DNA from: a virus
Virus record (IMG/VR): IMGVR_UViG_3300032087_004763
Location: 1-64,000 of that record
Length of the DNA stretch: 64,000 nucleotides
Direction: 5' to 3' (one strand)
Position 1 is the first letter of the stretch. Every line of letters begins with the position of its first letter. The notes beneath the pieces are model-generated. The model had not been told where the DNA came from. It was given only the letters and a program-made list of their open reading frames with translations, and did not search any database. Both the position numbers and the translations under genes were made by a program. Of this stretch, positions 29,757 to 39,984 are shown one piece after another.

Positions 29757-30101
29757 TTACGCAGCCATCTTCAAATGTTTGCAACGTCCGTGGAATTTAT
29801 ATCCCTTGCACGTGCACGTGTTCTTTACTGTATTCACGTGGTGTATGTAACCACTCTCGGACTTGATCTCAACGATAGAATCGTCATGCAGCTCTGGAAC
29901 TGTACCAACCAGATCGAACTTACGTCCACGCATATCAAATGACAGTGGTTTAGAATATTTATCTAAGCCGCGACTGTAATCACCGACTTGAAACCATACG
30001 AGTTTCTCTTTCTCATTCACATAATATAAATGAGGCTGGTAGGTGAAGCCATCCACCGTACCAGTCGTTTCACGAAGTATACGAATCAAAACTTTCTCCA
30101 T
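29757..30101 (-). CDS. SWIM zinc-finger protein
   Basis: C-terminal TCTCKGYKFHGRCKH. Confidence 0.75.
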   Translation of the reverse strand: MEKVLIRILRETTGTVDGFTYQPHLYYVNEKEKLVWFQVGDYSRGLDKYSKPLSFDMRGRKFDLVGTVPELHDDSIVEIKSESGYIHHVNTVKNTCTCKGYKFHGRCKHLKMAA

Positions 30102-30192
30102 TCACCAGAGATAAGCAGCCATGAGATCACAGCACCGGTGATGCCAAGAACAATCATGACATCAAGATAGTTTTGAGTATATGCCCAAGCCA

Positions 30193-30384
30193 TTACGAAT
30201 ACCTCACGATGTCAAGAACGTAGTCAACCGCTTCGCTAGTACTCATGCTATCGAATTCTTCGATCTCGTCAATGTCAGCAACGCTGATGTACGCAATCGC
30301 TTTTGAAGCAAGAGTAGGCTTAAGCATAGAATTTGCAACCATAACATTAAGCTCTTTTACCATATCAAGTGTAATCATAATCAT
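30193..30384 (-). CDS. early hypothetical protein
   Basis: GAGGAG RBS; promoter at 30407-30433. Confidence 0.6.
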   Translation of the reverse strand: MIMITLDMVKELNVMVANSMLKPTLASKAIAYISVADIDEIEEFDSMSTSEAVDYVLDIVRYS

Positions 30385-30456
30385 CTCCTCATCAATTTAT
30401 GGTACCATTATACCATAATATCCGAAGATGTACATACTTTTTTTCAAATAAAAATG

Positions 30457-30660
30457 CTAATCAGATGAATCAGTTAGGTCACTTAGTTCATTTAGATTGT
30501 AAGTATGTATCGTACCGTCTGAGTCTTCGTACGTTATTATCACTGGTTCATCATCTAACATAAGCTCTGACAATAGCATATGGAGTTCATTCGCTATTTG
30601 TCTCTCGGCTTCTTCTTCTTTCTTCTTTCTATACTCGTCTAGGCTTACTATGTTGCTCAT
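30457..30660 (-). CDS. hypothetical protein
   Basis: Likely start MSNIVSLDEYRKKK after AGGAG. Confidence 0.6.
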   Translation of the reverse strand: MSNIVSLDEYRKKKEEEAERQIANELHMLLSELMLDDEPVIITYEDSDGTIHTYNLNELSDLTDSSD

Positions 30661-30818
30661 ACCGATACTCCTTAGATTGCCCCCACCTATCATAGAGGGT
30701 GAGGACCTGGATATTATCACCAACTTGTTCTACCTTCTTAGTCTCTACTTGAGGCATACGTTCTAACTTAGTAAACGGCGACCAGAGATCAATATGATTC
30801 TGATAGATCGGTGGGAAA

Positions 30819-31190
30819 CTAAAGCTCACTGATGAACTCCTTATATTGTTCAAGCGACATATATTCATCCGCTTCGCTAATGTTAGATGCTTTGATCTTA
30901 AACATCCACGCTGCTCCTTCTGGATCATTATTGATCAGCTCTGGTTCATCACTAAGACTCTCGTTAATCTCAGTGATCTCACCAGAGAGAGGAGTATAAA
31001 CATCTGATGCAGCCTTTACGGATTCTACAACACAGACATCGCCTTCGACTTCTACCTCAGATCCAACCTCTGGTAAGTCGATATAGACGATATCGCCTAA
31101 AGCTTCTTGGGCATAATCCGTGATACCGACTGTTGCAATATCACCATCAATGTCTAGCCATTCATGTTCTTTTGTGTATAGTCTACTCAC
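30819..31190 (-). CDS. gcvH: glycine cleavage system H protein (lipoyl carrier)
   Basis: YTKEHEW, VGITDYAQEALGDIVYIDLP, VESVKAASD (lipoyl-Lys), PELINNDP..W. Confidence 0.95.
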   Translation of the reverse strand: MSRLYTKEHEWLDIDGDIATVGITDYAQEALGDIVYIDLPEVGSEVEVEGDVCVVESVKAASDVYTPLSGEITEINESLSDEPELINNDPEGAAWMFKIKASNISEADEYMSLEQYKEFISEL

Positions 31191-31845
31191 TGATGAATTC
31201 CTCGATCATAGGAAATATCGGATGTAAAGCACAGGCACATTCTCTTGCAATCTGCATATGTTCTTTCTGTGTACCATGACCTGATCGCAACTGAATGTAA
31301 TGAATCCAAGAGCGAATAGTTCCATTCATATAAAGACGTGACTTAGTCAAACCTTCAGGCAGCAAAGCTCTTGCTTGTTCTTTTGCTACACCCATCTTAA
31401 TCGCATTACGATATTCTCTTGAACACATCCACTCGACACGCCTTTGCAATCTATCCCACTCATATCCGTCATCAGCTACGGTGATTGAGTTTTGCCGGTT
31501 CTTTGGATCCTGCTCTCGGCGTTCTCTTCTCTGAAACATGTCATCAAACTCGGCATCCGGATTTGCGTACCGTTGACTGAACTCTTGGAATGAGAATGAT
31601 CGATGCCTTAATATTTGACGAGCGATGTCACGAGTTGTTTCAATCTCAAGACACGCCGACGCCATTTCAAAGGGAGACCAATGTTCGTGTTTGATGAGAT
31701 ACCGTAGTAGTTTTTCATTTGTCTCAGTATTATTTTGATTAGAGGGATTTGATACTCTTGCGCAGTATGCAATGGTTTCACATAGATCCTCATGTTCCGA
31801 TTCATAATTCATTGCCTTACTATAACTGATTAAACGTGCTGTCAT
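31183..31845 (-). CDS. thyX: flavin-dependent thymidylate synthase
   Basis: HWSPFE, RDIARQILRHRSFSFQEFSQRY, EQARALLP, TQKEH. Confidence 0.95.
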   Translation of the reverse strand: MTARLISYSKAMNYESEHEDLCETIAYCARVSNPSNQNNTETNEKLLRYLIKHEHWSPFEMASACLEIETTRDIARQILRHRSFSFQEFSQRYANPDAEFDDMFQRRERREQDPKNRQNSITVADDGYEWDRLQRRVEWMCSREYRNAIKMGVAKEQARALLPEGLTKSRLYMNGTIRSWIHYIQLRSGHGTQKEHMQIARECACALHPIFPMIEEFISE

Positions 31846-32090
31846 AACTCTAAGTTACTCCATACTTTCAATTTATCACGTTTCGCTTTCGACCCCTGTA
31901 CAAGGTCAGTGTACGTGAGCATTTGCTTTTCAATCATGATCTCTATCATGCAATATAGATCACCAAGTTCCTTCTTTAGCATCTCGGTTGATTGCTCACC
32001 TGGAAATCTTATTACCTTTGAGCAAGCTTGGATCACCTCACCACATTCTTCCATGGTGATAGTCATTAGTTCATCTTTCATAGTTTCCAT
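31842..32090 (-). CDS. MazG-like NTP pyrophosphohydrolase
   Basis: MEECGEVIQACSK ... KELGDL. Confidence 0.7.
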   Translation of the reverse strand: METMKDELMTITMEECGEVIQACSKVIRFPGEQSTEMLKKELGDLYCMIEIMIEKQMLTYTDLVQGSKAKRDKLKVWSNLEL

Positions 32091-33463
32091 CCGGATGTAT
32101 CAGGTTTCTCATTATTACCAAATGTATTTAGCGGTCTATCAGGTATAGGATCATCATTCATTAGATCCTGTTGTGACTCTTCAATATCATATAAGCGCAT
32201 CTTAGAACGGTCAATACCAATCAAGAACCGCTTGTAGTTAGTCGGGTCATTATATCTATTCTTCAGTTGCTTGACCATAATCTGACCGGCTTGCTCAAGC
32301 TCCTCTGTTGATATCAGTGCAAACATAAGATCTGCTGTCGCTGGTAAGCCAAACGATTCTGATGTATCTTCAAGACCAACATCTGAGTTTGAATAGCCAG
32401 ACCTTGTAGTCTGTGTAGCCGATACAATAGGAACATCAAACTCAACCGCAAGGCCACGGATCTCTTCCGCAATCGCTTTAATATAGTTATACGAGTTTAT
32501 AGCACCGCCCATTCCCTTCATTCTTGAGCTAGAACAAATATTTAGGTAATCAATAAAGATGATGTCAGGGATAAACTCCTTCTTCAGCTTAAGCTCATTG
32601 AGCAGACCACGGAAGTGACCACTATGTGCTTGACCGGTCGGATATTCTTTGATGATCAATTTACCAGTCGTCTTACGTGATATATCAGCGACCTTTGTTG
32701 TGAACATATCCTTTGATAACTTGTCTAACTGATCGATAGCAACGTTCAACAAGTTAGCATCGATACGTTCTGCAATCCGTTCTTCTGCCATCTCCATCGT
32801 GATATACAGAACATTTGATCCTTGTGTTAGAGAAGCAGCAGCCATATGGCACATGAACAGAGACTTACCAACACCAGTGCCTGCAAGAGCGATGTTAAGC
32901 GTCTTAGTCGGCAAACCTCCTTTCGTAATTCGGTTGAAGTATTCAAGGTCGAAAGATAGGCGTTCTTCCTCAGTGTGATAAAATTCGTATCTTTGCTCTG
33001 CATTTTCCGTATAGTCATGACCTACGTTATTATCAAATCCTACACCAAGTGCTTTGCTCAATAGATCTGGCAATGCACCTTTTGTCAATGACTCATGCTT
33101 TCCATCAATGATGGAGATAGACTCCATGATCGCATTATGGATTGCACGGTCCTGACACCATTTCTCAGTTGTATCACTTAACCAGACCTCATCTACATTC
33201 TCGTTTGAAAACAAATGTGGAAGAATCTCTGATGCCATACGATACTGTTCATCAGATAATCTGTCAGCCTGGTCGATCTCAATCTGAAATGCTTCGGCAG
33301 TCGGTAGCTTATTATACTTTGCTACAAACTTACCTGCCTCTTTAAAAAGGATACGATAGATACCTTCAAAATAGTCAGGCTTAATAAAAGGTAAGACCTT
33401 ACGCATGAACTTCTCATCTGTAAGAAGATTACGTAAGATCGTTTGTTCAAGATTCGCTTGCAT
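32078..33463 (-). CDS. 41: replicative DNA helicase gp41
   Basis: AGTGVGKS, YITMEMAEERIAERID, IDYLNI, SATQTTR, KQLKNRY. Confidence 0.96.
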   Translation of the reverse strand: MQANLEQTILRNLLTDEKFMRKVLPFIKPDYFEGIYRILFKEAGKFVAKYNKLPTAEAFQIEIDQADRLSDEQYRMASEILPHLFSNENVDEVWLSDTTEKWCQDRAIHNAIMESISIIDGKHESLTKGALPDLLSKALGVGFDNNVGHDYTENAEQRYEFYHTEEERLSFDLEYFNRITKGGLPTKTLNIALAGTGVGKSLFMCHMAAASLTQGSNVLYITMEMAEERIAERIDANLLNVAIDQLDKLSKDMFTTKVADISRKTTGKLIIKEYPTGQAHSGHFRGLLNELKLKKEFIPDIIFIDYLNICSSSRMKGMGGAINSYNYIKAIAEEIRGLAVEFDVPIVSATQTTRSGYSNSDVGLEDTSESFGLPATADLMFALISTEELEQAGQIMVKQLKNRYNDPTNYKRFLIGIDRSKMRLYDIEESQQDLMNDDPIPDRPLNTFGNNEKPDTSGWKL

Positions 33464-33734
33464 CTTTTTCCATTGATTCTGTGATTATTACATATAATAT
33501 ATCTGAGACAACCTTTTGTAGCTCTTCGTTATCTACAGTTAGATTCTCATCAGGAGATGAAACAATATCAAAGTTAAATGATATATTTTCTGTTTCTTCT
33601 ATCAACTGGAGAACACCAAATTTTACAACTGTCTCAATAAAGTCACCTTTAAGGAATCGAATACCCCAAGTATCCAGGTCTTCCTCAATGGGAACTAACT
33701 CGTAGTCTTCATTCTCCTTCATTGATAGCCTCAC
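33447..33734 (-). CDS. acidic hypothetical protein at the T4 gp40 position
   Basis: Lies between uvsX and 41. Confidence 0.6.
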   Translation of the reverse strand: MRLSMKENEDYELVPIEEDLDTWGIRFLKGDFIETVVKFGVLQLIEETENISFNFDIVSSPDENLTVDNEELQKVVSDILYVIITESMEKDASES

Positions 33735-34740
33735 TTACGATTGAGTATTTTCTTTTGATGAAGTCTGCGAAATCTGTTTCTGCCAGGATGGGTTCCCAGA
33801 AGTCAGCAGTGAGCGTATCCCGTTCTCTCGACTTTGGATCCATAAGCTCCCCAGAGCTCCGGTCGACACGACAATACCAACCGTTAGAAGGCTTAGCAAC
33901 GTAGCCCCCATCCAGAGCAACATCAAGCAGGCCGCTCCAACGCTGAACGCCACCTTCCCAAGAAACTGATATAGGTAATTTAGATTTTTCTTTAACAAAC
34001 CTTGATTTCTCCACATTGATCACAAAGTGATAACCCTTGACCTCTGTTCCTTGCTTGTCCTGTTGACGTCCAATAATCCAGATATTATCTGCTGAATAGT
34101 AAACGCCTGTACCACCTGATACAATATCTTTCGGGAACAGTCCTTGTTCTTTATATGTATGATTAACAGCAACACACGGAATATCTTTCATTGTAAGATA
34201 CGGTGTAGTCATTCTGAACAATGACTTCAGCTGCTTTGCGCGTGACATATCAGCCACGGACTTTTCATTCATTGCATCTTCTAATTCTTTCTTCGAAGCA
34301 ATATTACCGATAGAATCGATAATCACAATGACCTTATCCTTCTTGTCAATGTTCTCAAGCTGATTGATTAGATCGAACTTAAGCTCTTCAATGTTCATGA
34401 CAGGAGTGTGAAGGACTCGACCTGTGTCGATACCATACGTTGTAAAATATGATTGAGGTGAGCCAAACTCTGAATCATAAAAGAGTAAGACTGCATCTTC
34501 ATATTTCTCTAGGTATGCCGAAGCCATGATGAGTGCAAAAGAAGTTTTAAAATGTTTTGACGGACCTGCAAGGACGGTAAGTCCTGGTGTCAGCCCCCCA
34601 TCAATTGATCCAGACAGAGCCACATTAATCATCGGCACTGGCGTAGGGATCATGTCCTTTTCGGTAAAGAACTTTGAATCAGCAAGAACAGAAGACTCTT
34701 TGATCTTCGAATTCTTTTTTAGTTTATCCATTATAGACAT
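33709..34740 (-). CDS. uvsX: RecA-like recombinase UvsX
   Basis: AGPSKHFKT, YDSEFG, IDSIGN, DMSRAK. Confidence 0.96.
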   Translation of the reverse strand: MSIMDKLKKNSKIKESSVLADSKFFTEKDMIPTPVPMINVALSGSIDGGLTPGLTVLAGPSKHFKTSFALIMASAYLEKYEDAVLLFYDSEFGSPQSYFTTYGIDTGRVLHTPVMNIEELKFDLINQLENIDKKDKVIVIIDSIGNIASKKELEDAMNEKSVADMSRAKQLKSLFRMTTPYLTMKDIPCVAVNHTYKEQGLFPKDIVSGGTGVYYSADNIWIIGRQQDKQGTEVKGYHFVINVEKSRFVKEKSKLPISVSWEGGVQRWSGLLDVALDGGYVAKPSNGWYCRVDRSSGELMDPKSRERDTLTADFWEPILAETDFADFIKRKYSIVSEAINEGE

Positions 34741-34904
34741 TAATTATTCACCCTTGTAATTACGACCCGATCGCTTTGAGTGATTCTTTTATCTTCAATA
34801 CGTCGGTCGAGAGCTTCCTTAGAATACACGGTATAGTGTTTTCCATTTTCTTTAAATACGCAATACGCTGTATCTGACCTTAAAGGCACGTTTCTTTTAG
34901 GCAT
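34740..34904 (-). CDS. 54-aa hypothetical protein (not in the ORF track)
   Basis: MPKRNVPLRSDTAYCVFKENG...RVNN*; AGGAG RBS; TAATG overlap with uvsX. Confidence 0.55.
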   Translation of the reverse strand: MPKRNVPLRSDTAYCVFKENGKHYTVYSKEALDRRIEDKRITQSDRVVITRVNN

Positions 34905-34928
34905 AGACATCTCCTTGTGGTTTGTCTA

Positions 34929-35969
34929 TTATACCATAAATTCATCCAAGAGTACACCGTTATTTGTTGGTTCACCTTGACGTTGTTCCCATCCGGATAC
35001 CCAACCAGAATTATTCGTAATCGTCGATGGTACGTGGTCGAATGTATCATCAGACCGTGGTACATAATTCTGACCAAACCGAACAAAGTCACACATCACG
35101 TCCTCATTATCTCTTGGTGCTCCACCCATGCGTTCACATAGAATATCCATGAACTCGTCAGTGGTATAACCACTTGATAGTATCTTCATACACCGGACTG
35201 CGTTGTTACCAAAATATCCATGAGACATATCATCAACTAGATCCTTGTGATAGTCTCCTAGATCATACGAAAATGCAGCATAGACAAAGTTAAATCGTTT
35301 GTGACCTTGTTCTATATTGTACTCATTCAAATAATCTACGACTTCTTTGTGAGTCTTTTTCTGACCTGTGTGTAGCCAATCAATCAGACGATCAAGTAGA
35401 CTCGGTAACTCCTCGGTCAGATAATCGATGACACTGACTCCCTTACGTGGTGAAGGTGGTTGGTTACCAATCGACGTGAACGTAGCGATCTTATTTTCTT
35501 TACGGTACTTGAGATCTGCAATCATTTGATCGATAGAATCCATAATACCCCATCGATAAACACAATTGTTTCGATATCCGTGATCGCGTGTGAAAGAAGC
35601 GCCAGAGCCTGTGGCTCGGTGTGACATATAAGCAAACAACCAGGTCTTGAGATCCCATTTATCTGTGATGTAACTATCTACTAGATCAACATGTTTTTGA
35701 CCAAGAGAGATATTCTTCAGTTGATGGTGTCTCTTTGGTGTGTCGCTTCGGTACTTGAGGTCTTGCAATACGTTCGAGAATCCTGCTGCATTTCTTGTAT
35801 AGCAATCATATATATCAATGTACTGCATCAAATCGTCATTTATTTGTCGATTAGATTCTTCTCCGACGTAAGGAATTTTACCCCAGTTACAATTTAGCTG
35901 CAGCCATTTTGCTCTGGGGTAATAGTAGTTTGTCAGAATGTCAATTGCTTCTTCGTTGATCCACTTCAT
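34929..35969 (-). CDS. putative DNA base-hypermodification transferase (aGPT-Pplase / amino acid:DNA transferase-like)
   Basis: DLGDYH..FGNNAVRCM..PRDNEDVMCDFVRF resembles the xxEx2LC(E/D)FxK/R C-terminal motif of that superfamily; last gene of the modification operon. Confidence 0.55.
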   Translation of the reverse strand: MKWINEEAIDILTNYYYPRAKWLQLNCNWGKIPYVGEESNRQINDDLMQYIDIYDCYTRNAAGFSNVLQDLKYRSDTPKRHHQLKNISLGQKHVDLVDSYITDKWDLKTWLFAYMSHRATGSGASFTRDHGYRNNCVYRWGIMDSIDQMIADLKYRKENKIATFTSIGNQPPSPRKGVSVIDYLTEELPSLLDRLIDWLHTGQKKTHKEVVDYLNEYNIEQGHKRFNFVYAAFSYDLGDYHKDLVDDMSHGYFGNNAVRCMKILSSGYTTDEFMDILCERMGGAPRDNEDVMCDFVRFGQNYVPRSDDTFDHVPSTITNNSGWVSGWEQRQGEPTNNGVLLDEFMV

Positions 35970-36568
35970 GATACCAATACAATTTTACAAATGTGCTCTA
36001 GTCGTTCAATGTGTTCATATGCCCTCCACGGAGTTTCATCAATAGCAACGACTCCATGACCCTTAATACCTACAATATCAAACTGAATTTTCCCTTTCGA
36101 ATCTAATTTAAGATTCTCGTGACAGGCATTACCAAGTTCGTTACTTGTAGGTGGAACATCAGGCGTGCTCTCGGCAACTCGAGTATACCTACCTAGCTCA
36201 GGAAAATAGTTGACGAGGTGGTGAAGATCTAATCCACGATGCATTGCAGCAACCGTATATGTCGGATGTAGATGTACTACAACACGCGTCTCTATATTGT
36301 GCGGTAGAGTCTTTTGTAATCCGAAATGTAATGGCAACTCGCCGCTCGGATAAAGGTTCGTGCTTATCTCCGTATACTCTAGTGCTTTACCTGTCTTACT
36401 ATCAATCTTCTTCCACATATTTGGCTGCAGATCAGGTTTGCGAATACCGCTAGGTGTAATCCAAAAATGACCTCGGTCATGATGAGCGATACTAATATTA
36501 CCATCACGAACAGTGATGAAGTTTGCATCGTAGGCACGACGCATTAGGTCTGAACAAGTCTCTAACAT
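35966..36568 (-). CDS. class II aldolase/adducin-family metalloenzyme
   Basis: DGNIS, ITPSG, PSGELPLH, VVHLHP, GHGVV. Confidence 0.88.
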   Translation of the reverse strand: MLETCSDLMRRAYDANFITVRDGNISIAHHDRGHFWITPSGIRKPDLQPNMWKKIDSKTGKALEYTEISTNLYPSGELPLHFGLQKTLPHNIETRVVVHLHPTYTVAAMHRGLDLHHLVNYFPELGRYTRVAESTPDVPPTSNELGNACHENLKLDSKGKIQFDIVGIKGHGVVAIDETPWRAYEHIERLEHICKIVLVS

Positions 36569-37449
36569 TTCTTTTTCCAGTCTCTGTATGAGTCTATCTC
36601 GTCGTAGATAGATTCGTTAATTAACTCTGGTTCCTTTCCGACGTTCCAGAACAAAATATCTCTTCCTGAGTTCTTAGGTATATACTTCCACACCTTACCG
36701 TCATACGTGTCGATGTTTGGAAATGGTGGGAGGTTATCTGTTTTCTCTGACGCAGTGAATGCAAGTGGTTCTGATATTGGGGTTGCGATACCAAGCTCAC
36801 CCGCTTTCATATTCCGTGACACACAAACAGATGTAAACTTAGCGTTTGGCCAAGCAATCTGAAGCGCCCGTGTGAGCACGCCCGTGGACGTGGCAGTATA
36901 TACTTCGTTAGGCTCAGTTATAGTTGATGCAGTTTTCACAATACCTGCAGTCACCTTCTCATGCTTTAAACCAAGCGGAACGAAGAAAGCATTTGGCCTC
37001 TCGTCGGCCCACTTCTTTGCAAGTAGATTCAGATTCGGCATTGCAGCAATACGGTGGAATGAATAGTCACACCCTCGTTCAATACAGCAAGCCTGATGAT
37101 GTGATATCCTTCTTGACGAAGGCATGAACAGCATTACCTTCTTGTTATGTCGCTTTGCTACGTCAAGGAGCGAAACGCCAGCAAGACCAGTACGAGGCTG
37201 AACATAAACAATGGTATCGATACTATCAGGGAGCGAGGAAATGAGGCAGTCACCCCCGCGTACCTTAGACCCCACCAAGTAATCATCCCGGACAACCCTA
37301 ATGCCATCATGAGTGGTAACAACAGGTTCACCATAAGGGTCGGTCCAATCTCGAGCAAGACTAAAGTAGTAATCTCTTGCATCATCTGTTGTGTATAAGG
37401 GTCCGATGTCTTTGTTGATTCCGTCAATAACATGATTATTATGCGCCAA
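36562..37449 (-). CDS. PLP-dependent enzyme (fold type II-like)
   Basis: VVRDDYLVGSKVR (Schiff-base Lys), ATSTGVLTRALQ, YDGKVW, LFWNVG. Confidence 0.75.
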   Translation of the reverse strand: MAHNNHVIDGINKDIGPLYTTDDARDYYFSLARDWTDPYGEPVVTTHDGIRVVRDDYLVGSKVRGGDCLISSLPDSIDTIVYVQPRTGLAGVSLLDVAKRHNKKVMLFMPSSRRISHHQACCIERGCDYSFHRIAAMPNLNLLAKKWADERPNAFFVPLGLKHEKVTAGIVKTASTITEPNEVYTATSTGVLTRALQIAWPNAKFTSVCVSRNMKAGELGIATPISEPLAFTASEKTDNLPPFPNIDTYDGKVWKYIPKNSGRDILFWNVGKEPELINESIYDEIDSYRDWKKKC

Positions 37450-38401
37450 GTGGTGATACTCCCCAATCGTTTCTGCGATAGAACGGAGGAGCTATGTGAA
37501 AACTAGATCCAAATTCCATGTATGTCTTAGCGTATTTCTCGCCGTCCATAGTGTACCATTCTTTCGGAGGTTGAATAACTTTATCAGTACGTTTATATAG
37601 CTCATTGATAAACATGTCCGTGAGCTCACGCCTTTCCGTGAATGTACCATAGAATGGAGTACCTTTATAGAAGCCAGACTTTGGTATCTTGCGATCTTCA
37701 TATTCAACTGGAACAGGTGCACAATACCATACATCCTCTGCTAAATCATTTCCTTGTTCTACATACTTTGCCACAAGGTCTTCAATGCCAGGATTATCTC
37801 GTCGTAGTAAATGATGCCTAATGTCAATAGAACCAAAGCATAGACTGACTCGACCTTTCGGAGTAGTTCCTCTGAGGAAGGATCCAAGTCCTGCTTTGAT
37901 TGCTCCAAAGAGAGTTTTACCATCGTTACGATACACCCGATCAGTGCTGCTACTAAAAGCGATGGTATGAGAATCTCCCACCATGATATCGTCATAATTT
38001 AAATCCTGCTGTTTTAGTGATGAAATGTGTTTACACCTTTGAGATACCTGATCACACCATTGTTCAGTTATCCCTTCATAAGTTGTCTTTGCCCCAATCC
38101 TCTTCTTGAGCATTGCGCCATAGTCTGGCATGTCCCAGTCTAACGATACAACATGCGAGTGAGAACAGATTAGATTAATTCTATCGTAAATCTCTTTCGT
38201 AGCACCACCAAATAGATTCAGTGTACCACCAAAGTTTGCACCATGATCGATATAGACTATTCCTGATCTAAGAATATTCGGATCGCATTTGCTGTCAATT
38301 GATGCGTCTAACTGACGACACCACGTTTTAGCCCAACCTAAAACATGAGATTTTGGATTGACAGGAATATTTGATATAGGGTTAGTTACAACGCTCAACA
38401 T
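37439..38401 (-). CDS. protein with C-terminal SGNH/GDSx hydrolase-like domain
   Basis: MVGDSH, FGSIDIRHHL, SFHIAP. Confidence 0.6.
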   Translation of the reverse strand: MLSVVTNPISNIPVNPKSHVLGWAKTWCRQLDASIDSKCDPNILRSGIVYIDHGANFGGTLNLFGGATKEIYDRINLICSHSHVVSLDWDMPDYGAMLKKRIGAKTTYEGITEQWCDQVSQRCKHISSLKQQDLNYDDIMVGDSHTIAFSSSTDRVYRNDGKTLFGAIKAGLGSFLRGTTPKGRVSLCFGSIDIRHHLLRRDNPGIEDLVAKYVEQGNDLAEDVWYCAPVPVEYEDRKIPKSGFYKGTPFYGTFTERRELTDMFINELYKRTDKVIQPPKEWYTMDGEKYAKTYMEFGSSFHIAPPFYRRNDWGVSPLGA

Positions 38402-38759
38402 AATCTTTCAACTCGCTTAGCATCTGTCTCTCATACTCTGAATCATTGAGTTGCCGGTTCAGAGGAGAAGGATGCGGCATTTTAAAACTATTAAATCCAA
38501 GTCTCTTCAATGTGTTATACACCTGAGATCCAAGTGCTACTATTATATCACGATCTGATAGCATTTGTACAATCATTTTTTTATCAATAGATTTATACTT
38601 GAAGTCCCATTCAGGATCATCTGATAGATTCATGAATGAGAAGATCGGAAGGTTAATCTGTTCAGCCCAGGAGTATAACCTACGAAGTGCGGGACCTTGT
38701 TTGGTCCCGCTTACTTTCGAAGGATTTAATCCTACTATGACAATGTTTTTTCGCTCCAT
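38382..38759 (-). CDS. uracil-DNA-glycosylase-fold protein
   Basis: IVGLNPS ... VALG ... PHPSPLN. Confidence 0.7.
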   Translation of the reverse strand: MERKNIVIVGLNPSKVSGTKQGPALRRLYSWAEQINLPIFSFMNLSDDPEWDFKYKSIDKKMIVQMLSDRDIIVALGSQVYNTLKRLGFNSFKMPHPSPLNRQLNDSEYERQMLSELKDYVERCN

Positions 38760-38861
38760 GCGTGGTTCACTTCTAATTGTTTCACTCTTTCAGTTAGTTG
38801 GTCTATCTGCATCACTAAGTCCTCAATTGATGTTTGGGATTGTTTTTGTTTTTCTCCTTTT

Positions 38862-39317
38862 TTAAAGATCGTGTCTAATACCGACGAATTCGAACTGTAT
38901 ACTAGCTTCATTGAACATCTCCTGAGTTTTACGCCATGAGTCTTGCCACGAGTCTGGTATCTCAATGTCTTTCATTACAACTCTTCTGACACCGACTTGA
39001 ATAATACCCTTTGCGCATTCTGAACATACCGGTAATCCCGTCACATACATCGTTGCACCATCAAGAGATACACCGTTGTATGTTGCATTGAATATAACAT
39101 TCATTTCGGCGTGGACTACCAGCTCATATTTCCTCTGACGATTGTAGTATCTGCTGTGAGAATCATCAATCCCACGAGGAAATCCGTTGTAGCCTTGGGC
39201 CAGAACCTGGCCTTTGGCTCCGATCGCCACGGCACCAACTTTCCGTGACGGGTCTTTCGACCAGCTAGCTACTTCTTCTGCTAGCTTTAAAAATCTTTGA
39301 TCCCACTTATACGACAA
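38862..39317 (-). CDS. cd: dCMP deaminase
   Basis: SKDPSRKVGA, GYNGFPRG, VHAEMN, PVCSEC; probable TTG start at 39317. Confidence 0.93.
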   Translation of the reverse strand: MSYKWDQRFLKLAEEVASWSKDPSRKVGAVAIGAKGQVLAQGYNGFPRGIDDSHSRYYNRQRKYELVVHAEMNVIFNATYNGVSLDGATMYVTGLPVCSECAKGIIQVGVRRVVMKDIEIPDSWQDSWRKTQEMFNEASIQFEFVGIRHDL

Positions 39318-39984
39318 GGTGGAAATGCCTCTCATAAACATGGAGGTTTTGTACCTGCCATATAATATTACCTGGACGAAGATCCTGACAAGTTGATGCA
39401 TTGACATCAGTTGTAAGTCTATCTTGCACAAATCGTTGCCAAGCATAATCGTTCTTATAGCCAAAGACTACGTCATTAGAACGCATTTGTACTACGGCAT
39501 GGAGATAATCGTCTCGGATGTAATAAGTGACGGAGTTTGTGCAGATAAAATCATTCTTACCATTTTCTGAGTATTCGATCCAGATGGATGGCCGAGTGTA
39601 GATCATAGAAGCTCTTCGGCCATCAGAACTATTTATCAATTCTTGTAACACCATCTCGTACTGTCCATGATATAATGGATCAAAAATAAGATGACCATAG
39701 TTAGAGTTGATATTACCCCACTCGTCTGAACAATATTGCCATGCTTGTGGAGGTTCACGTGTACCACCATAGATGTCATGGATATTTGTAGATCCGCTCA
39801 GGTACCACTCAATCTCTGCATTCACATACTCTTGATTCACTTCACCAAAGATAGCAGGTTCGTCAGCTTGAAATGATGCACCGATCATCTCAATTGTTTT
39901 CTGACCGGTCCTATCAATAGTAAACTCTTCTGCAGCCAACTTATCAATAAAGTCGGCACGGATATCATTGACCTTCAGCATCAC
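39307..39984 (-). CDS. dCMP hydroxymethylase-like thymidylate synthase homolog (T4 gp42-like)
   Basis: INSNYG, DFICTN (catalytic Cys), MRSNDVVFGYKNDYAWQ, LHVYERHF. Confidence 0.88.
   Translation of the reverse strand: MMLKVNDIRADFIDKLAAEEFTIDRTGQKTIEMIGASFQADEPAIFGEVNQEYVNAEIEWYLSGSTNIHDIYGGTREPPQAWQYCSDEWGNINSNYGHLIFDPLYHGQYEMVLQELINSSDGRRASMIYTRPSIWIEYSENGKNDFICTNSVTYYIRDDYLHAVVQMRSNDVVFGYKNDYAWQRFVQDRLTTDVNASTCQDLRPGNIIWQVQNLHVYERHFHLVV

Noticed and set aside
38735-38965. 76-aa ORF overlapping dCMP deaminase
   Set aside because: Its 3' part may be a real short coiled-coil gene, but I could not identify a credible start codon
39307-39984. Ordinary ThyA or dUMP hydroxymethylase
   Set aside because: Asp rather than Asn at the specificity position, gp42-like motifs, and a separate thyX argue for a dCMP enzyme; not biochemically proven
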